Assembly (NCBI GenBank): GCA_002269645.1
Contig: NIVC01001151.1
Location: 62,001 to 126,000 of the forward strand
DNA from: Macrostomum lignano
Lineage: Eukaryota
DNA length: 64,000 nucleotides
Direction: 5' to 3'
Under the pieces are notes generated by a model. The model ran no database searches. It was not told the DNA's origin and worked only from the letters and a program-made list of their open reading frames with translations. Every line of letters starts with the position of its first letter. Position 1 is the first letter of the stretch. The position numbers were made by a program, and so were the translations under genes. Below, one piece after another: positions 50,208-61,000 of this stretch.

Positions 50208-52835
50208 GTGCGCAGTGACGAGATACCATCGACTATCGCGAACTATCGCGAATTGAACAAACAAAAAAAGCCGGACAACTATCCGGTTCCACACATTCAA
50301 ACATTCACTCGGTACCTACATGGAAGCACTGTGTTTTCAAAGTTAGACCTTGTTCGCGCCTTTGATCAAATTCCAGTCGCCAAAGAGGATATTTGCAAAA
50401 CCGCTATCACCACACCGTTTGGATTGTTCGAGTATACACGCATGCCCTTCGGCCTGAGGAATGCAGCACAAACATTTCAACACTTCATCGACTCTGTTTT
50501 TCACAGACTGTCATTCATCATCTCTTACATCGATGATGTCCTGATATTCTCAAAGACTCGTGAGGACCACTACTCGCATTTGGAACAAGTTTTGGACCAC
50601 CTAAGAACACACGGCCTATAGGTTCATTTGAAGAAGTGCGAATTCTTTCAGTCCGAGGTAGATTTCCTTGGCCATCGCATGACTCCTGAAGGAATAAAAC
50701 CTCTCCAGAAGAAGATCCAAATAATCACTGACTGGCCGACACCCACGGATTCAAACGCACTTCGGCGCTTCCTCGGTGTCGTCGGTTTCTACCGTCGATT
50801 TGTTCCCAACTTTGCCAACCGCATCTGTCCTCTGCAAGACCTACTCACTGCATCACTACAGTCAGCAGGAAACTTCCAATGGACGAAGCAGCATCAGAAA
50901 TCTTTTGAAAACATCAAACAAGCTCTCTCAGAGAGACTACTGCTGCATCATCCGGACCCCAACTGTACTGCGTACCACCTATACACTGATGCCTCAGCCG
51001 ACTGTGTTGGTGCCGTTCTACATCAAACCTCTTCAACCGGAACGTCACCTCTTGGCATGTTCAGCAAGAAGTTGTTGTCATCTCAAAGGATGTACAGCAC
51101 GTTCGACCGAGAACTACTCGCGGCGTACCTGGCAGTGTTGCACTTCCGCAGCCTCATTGAAGGACTGAGCGTGACCTTGTTCACCGATCATAAACCACTA
51201 GCTCAGGCCTTCCACGCCAATCGCACCACTACGTCAGATCGCAATCAGCGCTACTTGACCGTCTTGTCCGAGTACGTGGCAGATTTCCAGTACATTCGCG
51301 GTGCAGACAACGTAATAGCTGATGCCCTTTCTCGACTGCCTGACTTCCCAGTGAATGATCACGTGTCCAACATCGCAACAGTCGCTGTAGTCGCTGCCCC
51401 ATCAAGCCAATTCCCTGTTGATTTGCCCAGTATCGCTGAAGCACAACAACCGGAGTTGTTCTCACCTGCACCAAATATTCGATCGTATTCTCTGGACAAA
51501 GACGTCATCATTTGGTGTGAGACGTCAACGCCGTATCCTCGCCCGATCATTCCACCGTCCCTCCGCGACGCCATGATTGCCTCCTTCCATCGACTTGGTC
51601 ATTTCGGCTACCCTAAAACAGCAAAACTCATCACAGAATGTTACTTTTGGCCCGGAATGCGCAAGTCCATCAAGACCTACTGCTGGAACTGCCAGGACTG
51701 CCAACGGAGTAAAGTCACTTGCCACACTGTCTCCCCGCAACAGGCCTTTGCATTACCATCAAATCGCTTTGAGGCGGTACACATCGATATTGTGGGACAT
51801 ACATGCGCAACCTCCAAAATTCGGTCGGCCGTGCGACTTAGTTTTAACAAAAATGCGACGTAGTTTTTGGCCAAAAATGCGACTTACATGTAAAAAAACC
51901 CCAAAGCAAAATTAACGCAACTTTGGGTAAACGGCAGGAGTAACTATGACTGTCTTATAAAGCCAAAATGCCTCGTCAGCTACTTAGTACTACTACTGTG
52001 TTTCTTCGGGTGGGCATTTTTGCGACTTCCTTGGTTGGCCGCCAAATCGGTCGGCCGGATCGGCCGACTGTTGCGCATGTATGTTGTGGGACCACTTCCA
52101 CCAGCTAATGCTACCACCTTTGGCCACCAGTCTGCCCGCTACCTTCTCATGATGGTCCACCGCTCGACTGGCTGGCTAGAAGCTACACCACTGGAATCAA
52201 TAACCGCGGAAGTAGTCGCCCATGCATTTGTCTCGTCTTGGGTCTCGCGCTATGGAGTGCCACTGTATGTAATCACTGATCGGGGGCGCCAGTTCGAATC
52301 AGAATTCTTTCACTTGGTCTCGTCATCAATTGGTTTTCATCGATTACGCACAATGGCCTACCACCCTCAAACCAATGGCAAGGTCGAGCGAGCCCATCGC
52401 ACCCTGAAGACGATGCTACGTGCTCGAGGCAATGACTGGCTAACAGACCTACCTGTGGCTCTCCTCGCGATGCACGTCGCACCTGACGACCAAGGAATAT
52501 CACTGTTCACCAGGGTTACCGGCGAGCTTCCGATGGTTCCGCGCATCGTAACTTCTGAACCATTTGCCCCAACGGACATTCGGACACGGCTGCAAGAACT
52601 GCTGACAGAGTTACCGAGTCCACACGCGAAGATGCACGAACCACGGAGCTACGTACCCAAGGACCTGGAAATGGCTGAATTCGTCTGGGTTTGGGTCGAT
52701 CGCGTGCGGTCGCCGCTCGAGGCGCCGTACTCAGGGCCGTATCGCGTGAAACAGCGAACTGACAAGTTCTTCGTTATTTTCCTACCGTCAGGCAACACCG
52801 AATCCGTCTCTATCGATCGCCTTAAGCCGGCGTGA
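50208..52835 (+). pseudogene. pol: Gypsy Pol remnant (partial RT, RNase H, integrase)
   Basis: YRELN, MPFGLRNA, YIDD, TDAS, H2C2 zinc finger, HIDIVG / TDRGRQF / VERAH and GPY motifs. Protease and RT N-terminus are missing. TAG at 50619-50621. MITE inserted in the integrase. Confidence 0.92.
51798..52083. mobile_element. CATAC-terminated MITE, copy 2 (286 bp), inside the Gypsy integrase
   Basis: Perfect 14-bp TIR CATACATGCGCAAC. Perfect 8-bp TSD TTGTGGGA. Confidence 0.95.
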
Positions 52836-55800
52836 CTTTCGCTTCCGAAGTCGGCTGTTCAGCTGGCCGCGAACTCGCTGCCGGAAAAAGCCGCCAAACC
52901 AAAGGAACTGGTGGACTCATCACCTCCTAGAGTGACCTCTAGCGGCTGCCAAGTCCAATTCCGACGCCATAATGATTACATTTATTATTAACCTTGTAAT
53001 GTATAACGTCTACTGACTGCTGTTCCAATGTTCTCAATATTTCTCAATGTTCAACCCCTCATATAAAATTTAGCTCGTATTTCAACTGTATAACCGCTTT
53101 GTTTAAATAATTTAAGCCATTCCACCATTTTATAATTCAGTTACAGTCTCTTTTCCCCGTGCTCCGCAATTGGAGGGGGGAGTCGTATGGGTATTTTGTT
53201 GTACTTTTTATTTGCAACTCAGTTTGTCATAAATTACCATAGACTAATTTCCTTTTACAGTTCTTTCTCGCAGTTAAGTTTCTCGCCCCAAGCCCTCTCG
53301 TCTTTAACTCATAAAATATATTCCAATTCAAATCTAAGTTAGGTTGTAGTTTCACTACATTCTCATACATTAATTTATTTAACAGTCTTATACACTGTTT
53401 ATTTATAATAGTTTTTTTCAAAAGTTAAATACAATAATATGTATTTTATGTCTGCTTACCAGCTTTGCCACATCAAGTACCAGGCACGCGGCACGTGGCG
53501 CATGCCAGGCATGCCAGTGTATTTATGTAGTGTGCATTATGCACGCCAAATGCACGCCACTTACCTAATCGCATGCCGGTGCACGCCACTTTTGAAAATG
53601 CACATGGGAAAATTCTCGTGTGCATTACATGATCTACACTATAGATGAAAACCACACATTTGTTAAATAATTATAATTACAAAGTAGGCAAAAATGTGTA
53701 ACACACAAAAAAGGTCATTTATTGTCGCAAAGCCTAGAAAACCTGGCATAAGTTCCTAGCACCTTGGCATACATTTTAGTATAAAGTGGCATAGATTTTT
53801 TAGAGGACTTTTTATTCCGGCGTATACTATGACATGATCTTGACTATGGGCCTAAGTCTAAGAAGCTTTCAAATCTAGAATTGTTGCTATATATTGTGTC
53901 CTCTCTTTCTAAAACCATTTTACTTAGGCAGCTAGGCCTAGTAACTTGCATGTCACTAACTATATTTGGGGTATGCAATTAAAAAATTGACCAAGCCAAG
54001 TCCCTTCTAATAGGCCTATAATTTATGGATAGGCCTAGCATTTATCATTTTTGAGGAGCCTAATATCCCAATAGCTTTTTAACAAATGAAAAGATTATTA
54101 GATAGCTCTTTATCTCACTCTATATTTTTATTCCAATTTCCTAGCAAATAAATGATTTTAAAAGAGAAAACTTTTTGCCTACTTAGCAGATGAACTGTCA
54201 ACAGAAGAAATGACTATAACCCCCCTTTCCTTGGTTGTGCTACTATTTGAATTCTAATTTGTAATTTAGATATTAAAAATCCCAAATATAGGGGCCTAGA
54301 TATCAACTCAACATAGTAGGCCTACCAAAAGTCCAAGACAAAATGCTAGGTAACAAAGAGCATATATACCAAAAAAGTGTGGATATCTTTAGTATTTGAA
54401 GGCTGAAAACAATTGTCTAAATGACAAGTCCTAAAAATCATCAAGCTAAGAACAAACAAAAAAGGCATGAAATATTAATAATTTAGATATTGATTGGTGG
54501 CATTGGCCTAGTTTGCAGCCAATCCACTAGACTCCAGATCTAATAATATCTGTAACTTATCAGAAAGAGCAGCTTATTTCAACCACTAATGCATCAAATA
54601 TTGATAAAATCACATACATAAGTCTAAGAATTTATTTAGGCGGTTAGGCCTAAATGTAATCTAGTATTATACCTATCAGCATTACGATTATGCTGCTGTC
54701 GTGTAGAGTCTGTAGACCTAGGACAGTACACCGCCCCTTGACGATTGGGTCTACACCAGAAGAAAAGTGGCAAGCAGATTGGATAAGCCTAGACATAGCA
54801 TACAGCCTAGCCTCATTTCATGACAAAAACGGAATCGGGAATATGAAAAGCCTAATTGACGGCGTTAGGCTTCGGTAACCTCTTACCTATAATTCTAAAA
54901 TATCCTAATTCAAGAATTATTCAGTTAAGTATTTTTTTGCACTTTGAACTTTGCATAATGAATTGTATTCAGCTGTAACGTCTTTTGCAGTTGTTTTTGT
55001 TAAAAAAATTTTTTACGCATTTTTAACCTAAATTTTCACAGGAATAACATGATCTACTAACACACTGACTACGGAATAAGGAATACGAAGAATGAAGTCA
55101 TGATCGTGCTGGGTCGGCTAGGCCTAAGTCACGTTAAACTACGGAAATATTGAATTCAAAATTTTAAGCAGTGAACTTGTTCAAAAGTAGACTATTTCTG
55201 GAAAATAAATAATTTATGGTAATAATAGGTCTTGCTTGCTATGCTAGTGTGCTGTTGACTAGGCCTATTTATTAATTAGTGTCAACTGTCGTGTCAGTCA
55301 ATAATTATCATTGCTATTCATTGTGTCATGGATTGATGACTATATTACTTGAAATTTAAATACCTGTTACAAATTCACAATTGCTAACCTCATCATTTTT
55401 TCATATTCTTATGTGGTTGGCTTAAGTCAAGGCCAAATATTAATGTTTTATATTATTTATTTGGGACTGGCCTGGGCCTACTTATTATTTTATTTTTAAT
55501 AAAATATACAGATCCTAAGCCTATTAAGTTATTTAAAAGTAAATTAAATGTGTCTACTCTAAAGATTATTTTGCAACGTTATTTTTAGGCCTAGTATTAG
55601 CTTAGAATAAATTTATTTATTATATTTTTATTTTATATATGTAACAGGGGGGATTCTTCCTTCTTAATAATATCCTACCGCTGCAACCAAAAGCTGTCCC
55701 AGGCCCAGGGCTCTTAATTATTCTCTTTCTAGTCTTACTCGCTGCCACCAAGTTGTCAAAGTGGTGTTCCTATACGATACAAAATCCCACCAATTAGCCA

Positions 55801-56152
55801 CCAAGCTGTCACAGGGCTAATTTACTAATCTCTTAAGTGTTCTTAGGTTGGTAGCTGCCACCAAGATTATTCTATTAATAAATTATGAGTTTATCAATAT
55901 TAGAATAATCTGAGAAATGTTTCTTAGAATAGGTCTGAGTATTTAGTCTGAGTATTTAGTCTGAGTATTTAATCTAAGTATTTAGTCTGAGTATTATTCT
56001 TAGAAAAACTGTTAGCCCTAAAAGATTTTACTCTTCTGATTATTCTGGTAGCATTCTATTTAATAATGGCCTAAGTGGTATTTTGGCTTACTGGTATATG
56101 TATTTCATATACTTTGCAAATCCTTGGGCGTTACCGAGATCAGAGGATCACA

Positions 56153-56442
56153 CATATATGCGCAACCTCCGAAATTCGGTCGGCCATGCGACTTAGTTTT
56201 AACAAAAATGCGACGTAGTTTTTGGCCAAAAATGCGACTTAGATGTAAAAAAACCCTAAAGCTAAATTAACGCAACTTTGGGTAAACGGCAGGAGTAACT
56301 TTGACTGTCTTATTAACTCAAAATGCCTCGTCAGCTACTTAGTACTACTACTTCGTTATTTTTTTCGGGTGGCCGTTTTTGCGACTTCCTTGGTTGGCTG
56401 CCAAATCAGTCGGCCAGATCGGCCGACTGTTGCGCATGTATG
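56153..56442. mobile_element. CATAC-terminated MITE, copy 3
   Basis: TIR CATATATGCGCAAC / GTTGCGCATGTATG. Perfect 8-bp TSD GGATCACA. Confidence 0.93.
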
Positions 56443-58080
56443 GGATCACAGCTTCCGTTATTCTTACACATATTACTTCAGATCTACTTCGCAACTTCTT
56501 ACTACTCAACACTTTCCTTCTCAGCAATATATACAGTCCACACTTCCATCTACTTCACTCTTATTTCTTAAAAGGAATTAACACAGAAAACACTTCTTCA
56601 ATTCTTATTTTCTCGGAACTCTTACTATTCGTTATAACTATATTATTAGTGAACCCCGATACGCAAGGTTGGTCTCTCCTCTGCCAAAAACGCTTCTATT
56701 TATACTAAAATTTGCTACAGTTTTAAACAAAAATTCGTTAGTGCAAAATATTATAGAAAATACGAGTATTAAAACAAAATATGTTTCTTAGTTTTAGCAT
56801 GAATTCAAATTGACTAAACGGTGACTATTTTATAAAGAAATTGGAAGGGGCCCTGCACATATATTATATATAATTTTAGTCTGGTTTTAATTTTTATATA
56901 CTACAATAATTTTAAATCAATAGATTCACTAGGCTTATTAGGATTATTAAGTAAAGCTTTAAGTTTTGTCATAAAAAGCAAGAATTCAATCTATTGCAAA
57001 AATATAAATTATACTATGGGGCCTTTTTTATTAAAATTCTTTGTATATTCTATTTATTTGAAATCTCATTCAGATATATTATTCCTTAGTATTTATAGGC
57101 TAAATATAAACTATTTATACTTGTTTTGTTTTAGACTATGTATATTTATATTGTGTTATATATGCAAGTGTTGCAAGTGTATAGGCTTATAGCTATGTTA
57201 TTTTCAACCTAGTCTTAGTATAATATTGTATTACAACTCTATTGGCTTTTATAATTGTTGTATAGGCCTACTATTTAGCTACTTATATAATTTTTAAATC
57301 ATACTCAAAGTATGCAAGTGAAAAAACCTAGTTTCAAAAGTATGCCATAGGCCTATAGCATAGTCAAATAAATTGCTATTTAGCTTAGCTAAATATTATT
57401 TAAAAGTATAAACAAAATGATTTCTATAAATGAAAATAAGTTTAATTGAATAAGTCCACATTTAATCTGCTTATTAGCCATGTATAGCTTGTATTAATAT
57501 GATTTGAATAGTTCTAATACAGGTATAAACTTGTTTGTATTGTATGCAAATGGCTATTATACTTTTAAATATTTTAACATTCTAAATATATATTTATATA
57601 ATTGAGGAAGTGTGGCTTGGCTAAAGTAGGAAAATAAGCGTCAACAAAAACATAAAATAAAATTTTTCTTTTTAGCCAATGCATTTTGTCAAACACAAGA
57701 CATTGTCAAGGCAAATTCAACTAACCTTAATTTTTAGCACTAATATATTTAAGCAAAACAAACTGTACAGTCCAAAGGTGGGTCAAAACAGTCTAGTAGA
57801 ATTTAGTCTAGAATCTAGTAGAAGTACATAACAAAGGAACAGAGAGAGAAAAATAGGCATGGCTCTGCTCATAGTACTCTTGGCTCATGCTCTACCCCAT
57901 TGCTAGCAAGCTGTACATTTAAGTTGGGTTTCTGCATTCTGATATAAGAAGCTTCAATAATCTTAAGCTTATGGTCAAATTAGCATCCATCCATTATATA
58001 ATTGAATGCATGATAAACTTTGCCCATAAGGCTTCTATACTTGGAGTCTTACAAAGCAGAATTGAAGCCAGACTGCAGCA

Positions 58081-61000
58081 ATGCAGCTGTTGGAGTTGCC
58101 ATTGTCATTGGCATTTCTGCTACTTATAATTAACCATCAATGTTCTGGTGATACTTCTATTCGTTTAATACAGATTTGTCAGGGCAAATCTGACAGGACA
58201 AACAGATTCAATATAACTGCTAACAGCTCTGAAAAGATTACTTTTACATTAAGTGGTTATGAATCATTGACTCAATGCATTCTGCGAGTCAGGGCTAGTG
58301 GTGAGTGTTAGTTTTTGTTTCATTTGAACTTGTTACTAGCTTGCAGATCACACACTTGAGACAAGGGCCAGGACACTTCAGACAAAGACTAGGACTAATG
58401 TCTGCCTTAGCGTGTCTTACTGTTTTTCTCAGTGTGTCCTAATGTCTGTCCCAGTGTGTCCTAATGTTTGTCTTAGTGTGTCCTAATGTCTGTCTCAGTG
58501 TTTCCTAATTTCCGTGTCAGTGTGTCTTATTGTCTGTCTCAGTGTGTCCTAATATCTGTGTCAGTGTGTCTTAATGTCTGTCTCAGTGTGTCCTAATGTC
58601 TGTCCCAGTGTGTCCTAATGTCTGTCCCAGTGTGTTCTAATGTCTGTCTCAGTGTGTCCTAATGTCTGTCTCAGTGTTTCCTAATGTCTGTGTCAGTGTG
58701 TCTTAATGTCTGTCTCAGTGTGTCCTAATGTCTGTCTCAGTGTGTCCTAATGTTTGTCTGTGTCCTAATGTCTGTCTCAGTGTTTCCTAATGTCTGTGTC
58801 AGTGTGTCTTAATGTCTGTGTCAGTGTGTCTTAATGTCTGTCTCAGTGTGTCTTAATGTCTGTGTCAGTGTGTCTTAATGTCTGTCTCAGTGTGTCCTAA
58901 TGTCTGTCTCAGTGTGTCCTAATGTCTGTCTCAGTGTGTCCTAATTATATCTGTCAGAAAAGGCAAGACAGACATTAGGACACGCTAAGACACGGACTGA
59001 AACCAAAGCACATGCAGATGCAATTTAATAAACACTCGATGACTTGAAAGTCCTTGTTTTTACTGAAATTAGTGCTATAAAAAACAAATAAAAACTGTGC
59101 CACCATTCAAGAGCCGAACCAGACGATCAGAGTGCTGCAAAGCAAGGACTCATACGGCACCATAATGCTAACCGAATGCCTGGTTGATTTTCTTCGCATA
59201 ACGGACGGAGGCTGCAGCGGAGACGGCAGCGCCAACACTGTGGGGCTGCTATCGTATGATGGCGGCAGTGCTGACATGAGGTATTCCGTACCGCTCATCG
59301 CCTACTCCGGCTGTGTGAGTAGCGCGCTTGTTTGAGCCAAATTTTAACTCTCAGTATCTATAAGGTTAAGCAGAGCTGGCTGAGGTTAGTATGTACGCCT
59401 CGTCAGGCATTTAGATCAAGGCCTTGGATATTTGTGTACAGTACGGAGGTATATTTTAGCATGACCGCTAGCCATTTGACTGCAGACGGTTTAGGCTATG
59501 ATTTAGAAGTTAGGGTTTATGATTTAATAAAAGTTCTAAGTTTAGGGATTAGAGGTTAGTTTAGGCTTTGGGATAGGGTTAGGGGATTAAGGTTTAGGTT
59601 TAGGTTTAGGGTTTGAGGATTAGGGTTTAGGTTTATGTTAGGGTTTTGTTTTAGGAATTAATGTCAGAGTTATAGATTCGACAGCCAATTGTTGTAGACC
59701 CTTTTATTCGATAAATGTATTTTATAATTGAGATTTTAAATTAAAAATTGTACTATTATTTCCTGTCCATATTGCAGATGAAGTTGGACTTTCTGGCGTC
59801 GCCTCGTATTAATAAAAACGGATTCAAAGTTGAACTTGTTGTTGAAGACTGTCCCGCAAGCTGTATGAGCCGTGGAACCTGCAATAGTGGCGTCTGCCAG
59901 TGCTCACCTGGTAAGATTGAGCTGTTTGTGTTTTGTCACTGTCGTGGTGAAATTCTAAGGCTTAATACAAGCTAGATATATGTTCAAAAACTTTACAAGT
60001 TCAAAACTTAGCAAGTTCGAAGCAAGGACCACTAGAAGTTACCGTTGTATCAGGACGCAACACTCGTAAATATTGCAAAATTATTTGAAGGCCCGCTTGT
60101 TTGCATTGCAGCTAAACTTTAAATGCTCATAACTCCGGACTGGTTGCACTTAGAAAGATAATTTTTTTCGCAAAGTTGCTCGAAAATTTGTTCTCTTTAA
60201 CATGAAGCAAAGTTTGGCGCTATATCTACATGTAGGAGCGGCATGCGTACTGCACTTAAGAAACGGCAATACGCAATATTTCATTGCAGTCAAAATGAAT
60301 AAAGTTTCAGTTATTTTAACCATTGCTTCCTAGTCTCGATAAAGAAGCAGACCATGCAACATACTCTGTAGTTTGGAAGCTTTATAAAACGGATAATCTG
60401 TACAGAGTTTAGTAGGCTGTAAAGGCGTCACTTCACTATCAAAAACCAGTATTATCAAAATCAGGAAGGCGCAGTATTTTTGAAATCTTGGCACACCTGC
60501 CCAACAAGGACTCCAACATTCATAACCTTTCTTTTGCTGTTCAAATGAACAGTAGGAGTCAAATAAAACTTGTACAGTAGCACAACTTTATTTGTATTTA
60601 AGTTCAATTTCGATATAAAAACCTCTAATTTCATAAAGAATACATGCGAAATAAGAAAACAAAGTAAAAAAGCAACAATTAGCCAATGTATTTTAAACTT
60701 GAACTTTCATACCAATCAAGTCATTCTGTCTAAAAAATCTCTTAAAATCACCAAGCATAATGAATCATGGTACTTCACCATGTTAGCTCAGCAGACATTG
60801 ATGGATGAACATCTAGATTGGATGATTTGGCACACCTGAAATGAAACCAATTAATAAATATATATAATAAATACCTGCTTTGCAATGAAAAACAAAATAT
60901 AAGCCTTGTTTCGAGTAAATAAATACATTTTCTCTATAATCTAATATGTATGAAACAAAGTTTAAACCATCAAGATCACAGCTAGTTTAACTAACATGAA

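Larger units (their letters stand above)
49055..53359 (+). mobile_element. Ty3/Gypsy LTR retrotransposon, internally deleted
   Basis: 174-bp LTRs at 49055-49228 and 53186-53359 with one mismatch. 4-bp TSD TTCT. PBS-like TGGTCCGG at 49232. PPT GGAGGGGGGAG before the 3' LTR. Confidence 0.95.
48448..53849. mobile_element. Non-autonomous DNA transposon (~1.1 kb) interrupted by the Gypsy element
   Basis: TIR CCATAGTCAGGATGATGT versus reverse complement CCATAGTCAAGATCATGT (16 of 18). TSD GCCTAAGT on both sides, or equivalently a 10-bp GGCCTAAGTC with CATAG ends. Confidence 0.75.

Noticed and set aside
55640-56720. Solo LTR (TGTAAC ... CTACA) around the third MITE
   Set aside because: TG/CA ends are possible, but there is no TSD and no second copy in the window.
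59540-59660. Interstitial telomere (also 90-140 on the other strand)
   Set aside because: Degenerate TTAGGG/TTTAGG mix without a clean tandem register. More likely part of a dispersed repeat that I cannot delimit.
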